The position numbers were made by a program, and so were the translations under genes. DNA of 60,530 bases from a virus. Lineage: Duplodnaviria; Caudoviricetes. Positions 28,560-39,261 of this stretch are shown here, piece after piece (position 1 is the first letter of the stretch; the number at the start of each line of letters is the position of its first letter). The stretch spans positions 1-60,530 of IMG/VR virus record IMGVR_UViG_3300042938_000567; one strand, 5' to 3'. The notes under the pieces are model-generated. The model was not told where the DNA came from. It saw only the letters and a list, made by a program, of their open reading frames with translations, and made no database searches.

Positions 28560-28841
28560 TTAAGTGATGATACGAGAAGCCTCTTCTTCCTTCTCTTCCG
28601 TATCAAACCGCTTACGGAATTGTGATTCACGGTAGTAAAAAAACGCCAATTCCATGTGCTTGATCGCTTCAAACCCTTCACCCTTGCGGGATTCAGACTT
28701 GATCACCATCATGCTTGCTGTATGCAACAAGCTGGCAAAGGCGTGTACTCGTTCGTTTAGTGTCTCGTCTTCGCATTTATGGAAACTAAAAGCTTCCAGA
28801 ATTGATTTCGAGGTTTCGTTTTGTTGGTTTTTTTCTGACAT
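28560..28841 (-). CDS. Hypothetical protein
   Basis: 93-aa ORF. Confidence 0.55.
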   Translation of the reverse strand: MSEKNQQNETSKSILEAFSFHKCEDETLNERVHAFASLLHTASMMVIKSESRKGEGFEAIKHMELAFFYYRESQFRKRFDTEEKEEEASRIIT

Positions 28842-28844
28842 AAA

Positions 28845-29807
28845 TTATTGTTCCTTTGAGAATTTGACCCACTCACCTTGTGCTGCATCGAACCATGACA
28901 TATCTTGTCGGTCGATGAGGAAGTGATGGGCTTCTAGTTTATCTGGTACTGAGCGTTTGACTTCAGAGTTCCCGTAGTTGCCTACGTTCAAGACCAGATA
29001 ACGATGAGGTAGGACAGACTTATCATCCTTACCTTGCTCGTTCCTAACCCTGTTCCTGACCTCAGTAGAGGACAAACCCTCAGCTTTAGCTACCTCTAGC
29101 ATGGCTTGTTGCTTCTTGGCGTTGGTCTTTTCATCACCGAAGTTAGCGTTTCCGATCTCACGATACACCGTAAATGGTAGTGCAGCGTCACGTTTAGCAG
29201 CAGGGAAAGCCCTACAAGCCCTCGCGTAGCCCGAAACTGTGCTGTAACTCTTCTTAAAGTTAGCACAAAGTTGGTTCACTACATCATCATGTCCGGCGTT
29301 ATCCAATGCCACCACCGCATCACCGATGATCCATTGTGCGCCTGATTCTAAAGTAAGACCGAAGGCAAACGCTGCCACCCAGTCTTTCATCTCTACCTTA
29401 CCACGGGGTACGCATTGGGTCATCCCCACGCCGATGTCGAACTTCTTAGTGAAGGAAGACAACTCTAATCCTTGTTTGACGCTCTCCACTAGGGCCAAGG
29501 ATTCGTTCTCTGGTTCTTCTTCTACTACTGGAAGGTTAGCTAGGTTAATCCTCTCTTCTTCCATTTCGATTGCCATATCCCAATCAGCGGACATCTTTTC
29601 ATACATCTCCAGCATCTCATCTGGAGCGTCATCTTCAAGGTACTCGTTCTTCTGGAGCTTGGCCCATGCCTTCTTGATATGGGTTTCGTTAATAGTAATC
29701 CCGCGCCATTCTGTTTTGGCGAACTCCACCATTTGGCGGAGGTAGGTTGTTACTGATACAAGGATTCCTTCTTGTGTTGGACTGAATAGTTCTAGTTCTT
29801 TTTTCAT
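28845..29807 (-). CDS. LmbU-like DNA-binding protein (putative)
   Basis: QWIIGD...YSTVSGYARACRAF..KRDAALPFTVYREI..A..EGLSSTEVR resembles the LmbU-family core. Confidence 0.55.
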   Translation of the reverse strand: MKKELELFSPTQEGILVSVTTYLRQMVEFAKTEWRGITINETHIKKAWAKLQKNEYLEDDAPDEMLEMYEKMSADWDMAIEMEEERINLANLPVVEEEPENESLALVESVKQGLELSSFTKKFDIGVGMTQCVPRGKVEMKDWVAAFAFGLTLESGAQWIIGDAVVALDNAGHDDVVNQLCANFKKSYSTVSGYARACRAFPAAKRDAALPFTVYREIGNANFGDEKTNAKKQQAMLEVAKAEGLSSTEVRNRVRNEQGKDDKSVLPHRYLVLNVGNYGNSEVKRSVPDKLEAHHFLIDRQDMSWFDAAQGEWVKFSKEQ

Positions 29808-29848
29808 TAGTGTTAGTTAAGGTTAGTTCTGGGAGGAACCGAGGGGGA

Positions 29849-30655
29849 TTAGTAGGGGATGTCGTCTGCTGGGAATGGAGCGTCTAGGTCGAGGTCAGCG
29901 GCGGCTTGCTCAACACACTTAGCGAATGGGGAATTAAACCCTTTCTCCAAGTAGAACTCATAGATTTTGGTGAGTGCTGGCTTACCGATCTCCGCGAGCT
30001 TCTTGCCCTTCTGTGTGCCACTAGGGACTACAGCAGATGCCCAGTCAGCAGGGTCTAACTCTTGTTCTACTACCTTTGGCTCCACTTTGGGTTCAGCCTT
30101 AACCTCAGACTTGAATGCGATTCCCTTGCGGTTGGCTTCGATGAAGACCGATGAGACGTAGGCTCGCAGGGTTTCTTCATCTTCCACTCCCTTGTAAGCA
30201 TGGCGGACGAGTGAATCTACATACTTATGTAGCTCAACGATCTTATCCAATGCCTCCACAGGATTATCGGTAACGATAACTTTGGGTGTTGAAGTGACTC
30301 TGGCTGGTTCTTCACTCTCAAACTCAATCTTACCAGTAGCCGTAACCTTGATGATGTCACGATCTACCTTGCCATTCTTACCTTCGTATGACTCATGCTC
30401 TAAGGTAACTCCAGTTAGCCCATGCTTGCCCCTAACTGAGGATAGCGTGACCACGTTGTTTTTGATGCTCTGTTCTTGATTGTTATTGAAGAACTTCAAC
30501 CCATAGGTCTGTCCATCAATCTCAATCTCTCCACCTTGGATGACAAACTCACCCTTGGGTCCGTTGAATGTCTTTGGTTCCCACAATTTAGTGACCTTAC
30601 CAGTCACTCGTTTGATGATGTCTTTCTGTTCGATTCCGTCTAGTTGGTTACTCAT
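29849..30655 (-). CDS. OB-fold ssDNA-binding / recombination protein (putative)
   Basis: Beta-rich N-terminus, acidic C-terminal tail DDIPY; adjacent to an exonuclease. Confidence 0.6.
   Translation of the reverse strand: MSNQLDGIEQKDIIKRVTGKVTKLWEPKTFNGPKGEFVIQGGEIEIDGQTYGLKFFNNNQEQSIKNNVVTLSSVRGKHGLTGVTLEHESYEGKNGKVDRDIIKVTATGKIEFESEEPARVTSTPKVIVTDNPVEALDKIVELHKYVDSLVRHAYKGVEDEETLRAYVSSVFIEANRKGIAFKSEVKAEPKVEPKVVEQELDPADWASAVVPSGTQKGKKLAEIGKPALTKIYEFYLEKGFNSPFAKCVEQAAADLDLDAPFPADDIPY
30264..30279. promoter_or_regulatory. TTATCG-N4-CGATAA palindrome (intragenic)
   Basis: TTATCGGTAACGATAA. Confidence 0.8.
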
Positions 30656-31517
30656 TAGTTTTATAGTTTGCTTGGTAGTAGTGGCAGAAGGGAGCGACTG
30701 AGCAATAACGCTCACACCGCATATCTCCACCGTTTCGTTTCTCTATCGAATGCTTCGGCCCATAGGTAGATAGAAGGTTCTCTGCCTCTTCCTTGGTGTC
30801 GCATACTTTCGCTGCTCTCTTGTTACCATCTTTCTTGATGGCGTAGGTATCTGGTTTAGCCCAGCGTTCACTTGGATCACAAGCCGGGATGTGGTCATCT
30901 GCCATTGCTGCCGCTGCTTGGTGCATCTTAACACGCTCAGTAGCGTAGCGGATAACTTCTTCATTATCCCAGAGTGGAATGTCAACGATGTGGACTGCAC
31001 ATTGAGGATACTCTTTGTCAAACTCAGCCTTACTCGCTTGCCAGTCCCGAAGGATAGCTACGATCTGACCTTTCTTGACTTCGTATCCGTACTCTCTCCA
31101 GAGCATAGCATTCAGATTGATCTGCGCTTCCCACTCCTGCTTGGTTCCAAGAAGGAACGAGAAGACCGATGTTACTTTGAAGTCTGAGATGGTATGGTTC
31201 TCAGTCTCGTAGAGATCAGTCTGACCAGTTATTGTCCAGTCATTGATCTCCATGTAGAGACGCTTCTCTGTCATCTCAGTCTCGCCGCCAGCCAGTTCGA
31301 CTACTTTATGTACGGACTGACCTAGTAACGCCCACACTCTGTCTGCTGCGTCTTCTACGATCTGCTCAGAGTAACGCTTCTTGAGTTGGTTGATTTTCGG
31401 TGGCCCGATTAAACTTGTCACCGAGATATTGGCTTGTCTTGTGCCAGCCATATACCCATCGTGCGACAATGCTCTATACATTGGGGCGGGAAGCCCGTGA
31501 TTATTCGTTATCGTCAT
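30648..31517 (-). CDS. PD-(D/E)XK (Cas4-like) exonuclease
   Basis: ISVTSL, G.SVH, TGQTD..ISDFK, Q.N, C-terminal RCERYCSV..FC. Confidence 0.8.
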   Translation of the reverse strand: MTITNNHGLPAPMYRALSHDGYMAGTRQANISVTSLIGPPKINQLKKRYSEQIVEDAADRVWALLGQSVHKVVELAGGETEMTEKRLYMEINDWTITGQTDLYETENHTISDFKVTSVFSFLLGTKQEWEAQINLNAMLWREYGYEVKKGQIVAILRDWQASKAEFDKEYPQCAVHIVDIPLWDNEEVIRYATERVKMHQAAAAMADDHIPACDPSERWAKPDTYAIKKDGNKRAAKVCDTKEEAENLLSTYGPKHSIEKRNGGDMRCERYCSVAPFCHYYQANYKTNE

Positions 31518-31640
31518 CAGTAAATAAGTTGGGGTCGATGCCTTGATCCATGTCACGCATAGCGCAAGTATGAATGAATGCTTCGTGCCTTGCTTCTTCT
31601 ACTTCTCCCGATACGTCCGTTTCGTCCCAGTCTCGTTCGC

Positions 31641-31871
31641 TCATTTGAGGCACTGGGTCAGCAGTTCGGCTACGCCACGAAGGTGATCTCCCTGATTAAC
31701 TACTGCCTTTGCATTCGGGAGCTTGCCGAGGTCGAACTTTCCGTCCGCCGCTGATGCTGAAATCAAACGAAGATAAATCTCACGCTTGAGTGCTGAATCT
31801 ACTACTGGAGTTGATTCTGTTTTCACTTCTGTTTTCACTTCTACTTCTGTTGTTGTTGGTTTGTCTTTCAT
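31641..31871 (-). CDS. Hypothetical protein
   Basis: First gene after the promoter at 31939. Confidence 0.55.
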   Translation of the reverse strand: MKDKPTTTEVEVKTEVKTESTPVVDSALKREIYLRLISASAADGKFDLGKLPNAKAVVNQGDHLRGVAELLTQCLK

Positions 31872-31911
31872 TAGTTTTTTGTGGACGGGTGTTGTGCCGC
31901 GCACAAGGGCA

Positions 31912-31939
31912 AATCTACATAGGATAATTCTAGTGTCAA
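31912..31939 (-). promoter_or_regulatory. Sigma70-like promoter
   Basis: TTGACA-N16-TAGATT on the - strand. Confidence 0.6.
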
Positions 31940-31956
31940 TAGATTATTTTCAGAAA

Positions 31957-31972
31957 TTATCGGTAACGATAA
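31957..31972. promoter_or_regulatory. TTATCG-N4-CGATAA palindrome
   Basis: TTATCGGTAACGATAA, 17 bp upstream of the -35 box. Confidence 0.85.
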
Positions 31973-32083
31973 AAAAGAAGCGCACCCCAGATTTCTCTAA
32001 GGTGCGCCACCTAATGAATGAACACGAATGAAAACAGCAACAAGCTGCACAAGCACACTACTACACGATGTAGAGATGTCAAG

Positions 32084-35000
32084 CTATCTATTCGGCAATC
32101 GCATCAAAAACTTTTTGCGATTGGATTCATACTGCTTGGCTAGCTTCTCAATCCCAGCGTATTTCTCTGGACTCATTTTTGTTTTAGCCCACTTCAAGAA
32201 TGCCCTCTTCTCTGCTTCATCCATTGGGCCACTACCCAACCGCAGAGGCTGACGATTCCTAGCTCCAGACTCCATACTCTGAATTGCATTCTTACGATCT
32301 TCTTTCGGTAATGTCTTGAGATATTCTTTGGCATAAGCCGCCGCTGTTACTGGATCATTCTTTTGTAGGTAACTCGAAATCTCTCTGTTGATCGGACTCA
32401 TCTTGCTAGGTGCAATATCCATTGGACGTTTAGTTCTGTACTCAAGTCCAGCAGATTCAGCCCAGCGACGAGCATACTTATTGATGTCAGCAACCTCTCT
32501 CCTGTACATCTCTTCCGCTACTGTTGGTGCGTCTGAGAAGCCCAATCCACTAGCTGATGTTTGGTATAGTTTTTGACTCACTCTATACATAGAAGACATC
32601 CGATTCAGATAATTATTGATGTCTCCTTTGGTGAGTGTTCCTTGGTCAGCTACGTTTGTAATGAGAGTTCCAGTCTCCTTCAATAGACTGAGTGCTGGTG
32701 GGTCTAGCGGGTTCTTGACACGCTCACGATCCTGCCAGTCCATGAAGAACTGACCATAGTTGCCGATCAATCCTAGCGCACCGATGCCAATGAGATTGTA
32801 CCATGCACGTTGAAGTCCGAGATAAAGTTCATCATCGTCTTCATCATCTTCAAGTGCTTTTAAGATGTCTTCGTAGTCTGGCCCCTTCATCATTACGCCA
32901 AACAAAACATCCCTTAAACGTAGGATAGCTTCACCACCTACATACGCAGAGGCAAGCCACATCATCACAGGGATGAGAGTTAATGCCTTTGCTTCTGCTT
33001 TGGATACCTTCTGTGGTATCTCATCCAATGAAATCTTTCGGTTATCTCCGATCTCCTTAGCTTCTGCTAGTCTGAGCCTGTATAGTAATTGTCTCGTCTC
33101 ATCTGGTAGTTGCATTGTCTCACCTTTAAACGTGACGGCTTTCCATGCTGGCTCAAATGTATTCTTCCATGCTTGACGCATGACTTGTGTAGAGAACTTC
33201 TGATACTTGAAAAGGAATTTACCAGTCGGTGTATCAATGAAGATAGGAGTCTGTGAAATCGTATAACCACCCTGAGAAGCGGTAGCGAAGTAGCGCATCA
33301 ACTTGTCTGTCTCTGGGCCGCTTCCTTGCTCAACTAGTAGCTTATCAATGTCAAAGTTGTTTCGACTTAACCATGTCGATGCTTGCTTGGAGAATGAACT
33401 ATCTGGATTCTGAGCGAAGCTAGAGAGGGTCTTTCTTAAGAATGATTTTCCGATAATCAAACTCTGTGTTCGGATCATCTGCTCTACTGGAGTGAAACCT
33501 GACCACTTCAATAAGAAGTCAGCTGTCTTCTGGCCTACCTTAGCGATTCCGTTTTGATCTAGAACTTGTTGGTGATCTCCGACGATATTCATTAGATCAC
33601 GCGAGATGATTCCTTTTTCTCTAGCGTCTTTGAGATTACTGCCTAGCTTGCGTAGCTCAATAAGGGATTCAACGTAGCTAGAAGCCGCTCCCGGCTGTCC
33701 GATCATAGCATTAAGCGTAGTGCCACCAACCATGTTCATTGTGGCTGATGCTGGGTTTCCTAACTGCAATCCCGATGCCCAGATGTTTAATGCTGCCATA
33801 CCTTTTTGGAATGGATCATTTGGAAAGTATCCTTCTACTCGTTCTTGGGCAGCGGTAATATAGTCGATTGTCCTGCGATCTCTAGTTGATGCTCTTGATC
33901 TATCCCAAAGTGTCATCGAGTTCTCACCAAGTTTCTGACCAAATTGTTCGATTCGACTAGCGTGTTGTGACCATCGTGCAACGTAATCAGTCATCACTTG
34001 CATGGAATAGTCATACAATTCCTCTGGGAGTGCTTGACCACGGGCAGATTCAATACCTGAGAAGTAGTCTTGTTGAGTACCAGTTCCCTCGTAGTTAGAA
34101 ATATAACGCTCCGCTTCTTCTGGCTTCTCGATTCTTCCAGACTTAATCAAAGCATCTACAATCTCGTTGTATTCCTTCTGATACTTGTCTGGTTCCATCA
34201 ATGCTCGTTTGTACTCTGGCTTGAGAATACGAGGGAAGAATTTCTGTATACGCCCGATTGGTCTATACCTTTGTAGCCCACGATCAAAAACTTTGATTCC
34301 GATTCTTTGGTTATCTTTACCAGATTCTTCACCAAACTTCTGCCAAGCAGTAACAATCTTCTGTGTAACTGGGTTCAGTTCATCAAAGAACTCAGCCGTA
34401 TCACGCTTGTTTTCCTGCGCGGCATAGAACATCTTAACTTCTTCATCAATCTTTTTCTTGTTTGCTTTAGATTGTTTTGCGTACTCATCAAAAGCTGGGA
34501 GAAGAATCTTGTTAGCGAATCCAAGTCGGCGTTGAGCTTGGTCGTAGTAATCATCAATAGCTGTAGCTAGTTTTTTAAACCCTGCTCTACGCAACCTATC
34601 ACTAGCAGACTCAAAGAACCCACGGACAACAGCGAAGTTCTTAATATGACTCTCAATCTTATTGTTGATTGGCATATTGTCTTCTTTGCCAATATCCAGA
34701 CCTTGAGCCATTGCTTCGGTGATTGTCTCTGCTTCTGGTTCTATTGGGGCTTCTGTTATAGCGGGAGTCTCGGCTACAGGAGTAGGCGTGATAGCGGGAG
34801 CTTTTGGGGCAACTGGCAAAGATTCCTTAATAGTTGGGGTTGGTTCTGCTTGAGTTGGTGATTTAGGGGCTTTTTTTCCCTTTTCTCTAGCAATATTTTC
34901 CGCAATTCTTTCCTCTACTGTTCCTGTTGTAGCTGGAGCTTCAAGTTCAGCCAACGCAAATGATGCGTCTATAACGGCAGCAGCCATTGTGTCGCTTTCA

Positions 35001-37723
35001 AATCCAAACAAATCTTTAATAATCCTTACGAATTGTTCAAAGATACTTGGTTCGTTTTTAACCTTGATACTTTTCAATAGGTCTTGAAACGATGGAGAAC
35101 TCCATGCCTGCGCTACAAATTCATCCAAGTTTGCCAAGGCATATAGTTCAGACCACCCAATCTTTTTGCCTGTAAATTTATTGATTATTGGTTTTTTTCT
35201 TCTGAATGCTTTTTTCTGTGAAGATGTTGCATCAATTGAAGCAAGCCCGTTTGCACCGAAATAATCATTCGTTAAACCAAGTTCATCAATAGCTTTCTTA
35301 TACAGAGAGATTAACTTCTTGATTTGCTCTGGTGTATTTTGATCTGACAATGAGTTATCTAACGCCCTTAAATACTGACTGCCACTCGCTCGCATTTTTG
35401 CTCTATCAAAAACATATTTTCTTACAGCATCAGCAGTTAGAGTATGACCAACTTCATGCACAAGTGTTGCAGGGTCTTCATAATATATTTGACCGCGATA
35501 TGTTGCTGGTATGCGAATAAATCCTTCATGAGCACGATATGCTCTGTTACCACCTTTCCCACTCTTTATGAAGTCTGCATCAAGAATCCTAAGTGGAAGT
35601 TTTGCAATCACGGAAGCTGCACGTTGCATTTTTTGAGAAGTGTTAAGTGGTCTTCCTTCACGCTCCAACTCCGATGCTCCTAGATTTTGATCTGCTAGAT
35701 ATTGCAATGCCTCTCTTGCAGTCTTGCCAAATAGTTTATTTGCAGGCAAAACATTCCCGCTAGTTATTTTTGGTTTTCTTGATCTTTCTGCTTCTTCTGC
35801 TGCAAAGTCAATAGATGGAGGCGATACTTCTCCTGCAACAGTTCTAGCGTTTCCTGCAACTCCAAATCGCTGATTCCACTTTGCTCTTGCTTCGGGGGTG
35901 GCGGCATTGATTTCTTCTGTAGTGAATCCCTGTTTTTTTGCTTCGAGTATGTATGTTGTAGCATCAGTTTGATTTACTATTTTTTCAGTTGATAATTCTC
36001 CAGCCAATGCAGCCCTTTCAAGTATGGATAACTTGCGAAGTTCAGCTTGCGCTGGCATTCTAATTTTTACAATCGCAGGAGGTATTGCAAAAAACTTTCC
36101 TTCGTATGCTTCTGTAAACCATCCATCCGGCAATCTTTGAGATTGCCTTGATTCAAATGGTTTGTTTTCAACAATAGCTTTTGCCCCTTCTGGAGTCGCG
36201 CCAAACTCTTTTGCTGTTGTGTCAATCTGTTCTTGGGTAACTTCTATGGTTTTTATTTCGTCAGGAGTTACAACTTCTGGAGTGACTTCTGTTGTGGCAA
36301 CAACTTCAGTAGTTGGAGTTACTTCTGTAACTGGGGCGATTACTTCTGGAGTAACCTCTGTTATAGGCGCGACAACTTCTGTTACTTGTGGGGTAACTTC
36401 GGCGGGTTTCTCTACAATCTGCTTGTCCAGTTCAATCTGTTGCCTCTCTGCTTCAGTTATCGTTTCCGATAATCCTAGTTTGTTAGCTTGTTCTTTGGCT
36501 TGAGCTAAAAGTTTTTGGTCAGCGGCAATGTCTAAGCGTAGTTTCGTTGCTTCTGGTGAGGTAGATTCAAGTAAGTCTAGGTCTTTTCTCTTGTTGTCTA
36601 TCCCACGCTCAAGGTTCGTAATCCCTGCTGCTATCGCTTGTGATGCTATATCTGGGGCTTCTAGGTCACGCGCCTTACGATTGGCTTCTTTGTTAATCTC
36701 TACTTCAGCCTTCTGCTCTGGACTCATTGCTTCAAATGCACCCAATGGGCCACCTATAAATGCACCAGCTACCGCGCCTGTCGTTGCACTCTCAATAGCA
36801 CCCTTGAATGTAGGAACATCGACTCCTTCTCTTTGTAGGGCTACATTCTTAGTAACTTCTTGTTGTAAGCCTTGAACAGCTTCAAGTGGCGATTCTTCGG
36901 CAACTCCCTTTAAAAGTCCTTTGATAGCACCACCAGTAACTTGTTTACCTTGCTTAGTAAGTAAGCGGGTAAAGATAGCTTCAGCACCGCGTGTAGATGC
37001 CACTGCATTCAATCCACCGCTGAGTAAAATCTGATCTAGGTTCTTGCCTAATGTTGATTGCGCTTCAGTTGCTATCGAGTTAGCTTTATCTTCAGATACA
37101 CCTTGCTCACGCAGATGTTCTAGCGTGGATTGGTAGATGTCTCCTTTAGCTTGGCCTACACCTTGAGCAAAACCAAGGGCAGCTTGTGTTCCGATAATCC
37201 CAACCTTAGTAAACTGCGCGGCCTTTCCTAGTACACCAGTGGCAAGTTGGGGAACCATATACCCAGCACTCATTGCTGTCATTTCAAGAGGAGCTTTAGC
37301 GAATGCCTCAAGACCAGCGATTACTTTATCGTAGACTCCTTTATCTTGTGCATCCTTGAGAATCCTAGCAATCTCTTCATCGTCTTTCTTGGACTCAGCA
37401 GATACTAGGCTACCAACCCACTTCTCGTATCCAGCCAATTCTTTAGACATCACATTGTCTGCGCCGAATAGATCAGTGAAACTTTTTGCAGAACTGATTC
37501 CACCTTGAGCAAACTTCAACGGAATATCTGCTACTTGTCTTAGTAAACCAGATGACTCTTCTGGTGCTGATATTGGTTCTTGAGTAACATTCTGCTTTAG
37601 GAATGTATCAATATCAAATGCAGTTTCTTTGGGTTGAACTGATTGAGGTTTCTCTGTCTGACTCTCATTTTCAACAACGCCACTTCCACTTTCTTTTAGA
37701 AAAACGTCTATGTCGAAAGCCAT
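32084..37723 (-). CDS. Large internal virion/ejection (polyvalent) protein with zincin motif
   Basis: 1879 aa, last of three internal-protein genes; LVHEVGH and LDEFVAQAWS. Confidence 0.7.
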   Translation of the reverse strand: MAFDIDVFLKESGSGVVENESQTEKPQSVQPKETAFDIDTFLKQNVTQEPISAPEESSGLLRQVADIPLKFAQGGISSAKSFTDLFGADNVMSKELAGYEKWVGSLVSAESKKDDEEIARILKDAQDKGVYDKVIAGLEAFAKAPLEMTAMSAGYMVPQLATGVLGKAAQFTKVGIIGTQAALGFAQGVGQAKGDIYQSTLEHLREQGVSEDKANSIATEAQSTLGKNLDQILLSGGLNAVASTRGAEAIFTRLLTKQGKQVTGGAIKGLLKGVAEESPLEAVQGLQQEVTKNVALQREGVDVPTFKGAIESATTGAVAGAFIGGPLGAFEAMSPEQKAEVEINKEANRKARDLEAPDIASQAIAAGITNLERGIDNKRKDLDLLESTSPEATKLRLDIAADQKLLAQAKEQANKLGLSETITEAERQQIELDKQIVEKPAEVTPQVTEVVAPITEVTPEVIAPVTEVTPTTEVVATTEVTPEVVTPDEIKTIEVTQEQIDTTAKEFGATPEGAKAIVENKPFESRQSQRLPDGWFTEAYEGKFFAIPPAIVKIRMPAQAELRKLSILERAALAGELSTEKIVNQTDATTYILEAKKQGFTTEEINAATPEARAKWNQRFGVAGNARTVAGEVSPPSIDFAAEEAERSRKPKITSGNVLPANKLFGKTAREALQYLADQNLGASELEREGRPLNTSQKMQRAASVIAKLPLRILDADFIKSGKGGNRAYRAHEGFIRIPATYRGQIYYEDPATLVHEVGHTLTADAVRKYVFDRAKMRASGSQYLRALDNSLSDQNTPEQIKKLISLYKKAIDELGLTNDYFGANGLASIDATSSQKKAFRRKKPIINKFTGKKIGWSELYALANLDEFVAQAWSSPSFQDLLKSIKVKNEPSIFEQFVRIIKDLFGFESDTMAAAVIDASFALAELEAPATTGTVEERIAENIAREKGKKAPKSPTQAEPTPTIKESLPVAPKAPAITPTPVAETPAITEAPIEPEAETITEAMAQGLDIGKEDNMPINNKIESHIKNFAVVRGFFESASDRLRRAGFKKLATAIDDYYDQAQRRLGFANKILLPAFDEYAKQSKANKKKIDEEVKMFYAAQENKRDTAEFFDELNPVTQKIVTAWQKFGEESGKDNQRIGIKVFDRGLQRYRPIGRIQKFFPRILKPEYKRALMEPDKYQKEYNEIVDALIKSGRIEKPEEAERYISNYEGTGTQQDYFSGIESARGQALPEELYDYSMQVMTDYVARWSQHASRIEQFGQKLGENSMTLWDRSRASTRDRRTIDYITAAQERVEGYFPNDPFQKGMAALNIWASGLQLGNPASATMNMVGGTTLNAMIGQPGAASSYVESLIELRKLGSNLKDAREKGIISRDLMNIVGDHQQVLDQNGIAKVGQKTADFLLKWSGFTPVEQMIRTQSLIIGKSFLRKTLSSFAQNPDSSFSKQASTWLSRNNFDIDKLLVEQGSGPETDKLMRYFATASQGGYTISQTPIFIDTPTGKFLFKYQKFSTQVMRQAWKNTFEPAWKAVTFKGETMQLPDETRQLLYRLRLAEAKEIGDNRKISLDEIPQKVSKAEAKALTLIPVMMWLASAYVGGEAILRLRDVLFGVMMKGPDYEDILKALEDDEDDDELYLGLQRAWYNLIGIGALGLIGNYGQFFMDWQDRERVKNPLDPPALSLLKETGTLITNVADQGTLTKGDINNYLNRMSSMYRVSQKLYQTSASGLGFSDAPTVAEEMYRREVADINKYARRWAESAGLEYRTKRPMDIAPSKMSPINREISSYLQKNDPVTAAAYAKEYLKTLPKEDRKNAIQSMESGARNRQPLRLGSGPMDEAEKRAFLKWAKTKMSPEKYAGIEKLAKQYESNRKKFLMRLPNR
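36457..36472. promoter_or_regulatory. TTATCG-N4-CGATAA palindrome (intragenic)
   Basis: TTATCGTTTCCGATAA. Confidence 0.8.
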
Positions 37724-37726
37724 TTA

Positions 37727-39256
37727 TTATATTCCTAATTGTTGTCTGATTGCTTCGGCAGCTTGAGCAGCCTTTGGATCATTGGGATTCTTCCTTACCC
37801 ACTCTATAGCTGGTTTTAGGTTTGCCAAGATATTAAATTCTTTTTTCAGACCCTCAAGATCAGTGCCTTGAAGTGCCGCTTTTTTGGCGCGAGGTAGGTA
37901 ATCTATTGTTTCTGGCATTTCACCCTTAGCCAATCCAGCAAGAGTTTGTTCAAGTCTTGTGACTGTCTCGATTACCCTAGATACTTCTTGAACTGTTTTA
38001 TTTTTACCTGCTACAGTTTCAGTTTTTTGTATTTTTTCTAACTTTGCTGCGAATGGATTCCCTGCTGCTTCTGGGATTTGTGGAGCAACTGGGCCAGCTT
38101 GTACTGCTGGTAGTCCGGGTTGAGGCTTTGCTTTATCTTCAGCCTTACGCTTCATTGGAATATATTTAACGTCAGCAGTCTCACCAGCAGTTTTAATTGT
38201 ATTTATTGCGTCATATTCATCAGATGACAACTCCACTTCTGTTGTGGTTCCGTTGCTTGTGACTATTGCCTTATACAATCTATCGTTTCCTTCACCTTCA
38301 GTATCAAGATCAACATTATTTATTAGATCATTTCCAGACAGCTTAGTGATTGCTTTAAGGTCTTTGCTTGCCTTCATCTTTCTAGCAGCAACTTGGAGTT
38401 TATCAATATCAGTTTTGAATTTATCTGATTCCGATTTAAACTTTAATACTTCTTTTTTAGTTTCTTCTTTTGATTGGTTTCCACCAAGTTCCATTTTTCT
38501 TTTTACTTCAGTTTCAACATCTTTAATTTCTCTTTTCCCAATAACGCTATCAACGGGAACTCCAAACTCTTGAAGAAAACTTGCATCATACATTTGCTCA
38601 TCTGGCTTGAGTTGATATGTATCATCTACTTGTTGTGGGCCGACCATGACTCCTTCTGTTTCGGCTACAGGCTTATTTACATCAAATGGTGTAGTTAAGT
38701 CAACTTGTTGTTGTTGATTGTCACCGAGGACTGGTAATGGGCCTTCTGGTTGATTAACATTAGGAACAATCGCAACACCATCTGGCCCAATGCGCGGTTG
38801 TGTTGCTGGTATCCCAGTTCTTGCGGCGGGTTGTGATGGTGTGACGCTAGTTGTAGTATAATCTGTTAATGTATCACCCGTGCCATCAGTTCCAAACCTA
38901 TCAAATGCGTCCACTTCTTCTTGTGTAAGTTGTCTTCCACCAGCCTTTGCCCTAGATACATCAATCTGCTGACCCTTAAAGTAATCATCAGAAGCAAACT
39001 GACCAGCCTTGAATGCCATCTGGGTAATGTTCTGGATGTAGGGATTGTTAGGATTCTCCATAGCTATTGCCATGATCTTGCTGAATCCTGCGCCGCTTTT
39101 ACCAGAGTCGAAGTCTGTCATGGCAGATTTGAAGGCTTCTTGCATTCCGGGTAGTGCATTCTTGTATTGGTTTTGTAATGCAACAGTCTGGAATGTTGAG
39201 GAGATTTGACCACCCAGTTGTGCTAGGTTACTTGCTAATATATTATCTTCGGCCAT
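37727..39256 (-). CDS. Internal virion/ejection protein
   Basis: 509 aa, synteny, Q/K/A-rich. Confidence 0.55.
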   Translation of the reverse strand: MAEDNILASNLAQLGGQISSTFQTVALQNQYKNALPGMQEAFKSAMTDFDSGKSGAGFSKIMAIAMENPNNPYIQNITQMAFKAGQFASDDYFKGQQIDVSRAKAGGRQLTQEEVDAFDRFGTDGTGDTLTDYTTTSVTPSQPAARTGIPATQPRIGPDGVAIVPNVNQPEGPLPVLGDNQQQQVDLTTPFDVNKPVAETEGVMVGPQQVDDTYQLKPDEQMYDASFLQEFGVPVDSVIGKREIKDVETEVKRKMELGGNQSKEETKKEVLKFKSESDKFKTDIDKLQVAARKMKASKDLKAITKLSGNDLINNVDLDTEGEGNDRLYKAIVTSNGTTTEVELSSDEYDAINTIKTAGETADVKYIPMKRKAEDKAKPQPGLPAVQAGPVAPQIPEAAGNPFAAKLEKIQKTETVAGKNKTVQEVSRVIETVTRLEQTLAGLAKGEMPETIDYLPRAKKAALQGTDLEGLKKEFNILANLKPAIEWVRKNPNDPKAAQAAEAIRQQLGI

Positions 39257-39261
39257 AATAG

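Noticed and set aside
30648-31517. Cas4 as part of a CRISPR system
   Set aside because: Solo Cas4-like exonuclease in a recombination operon; no array or other cas genes
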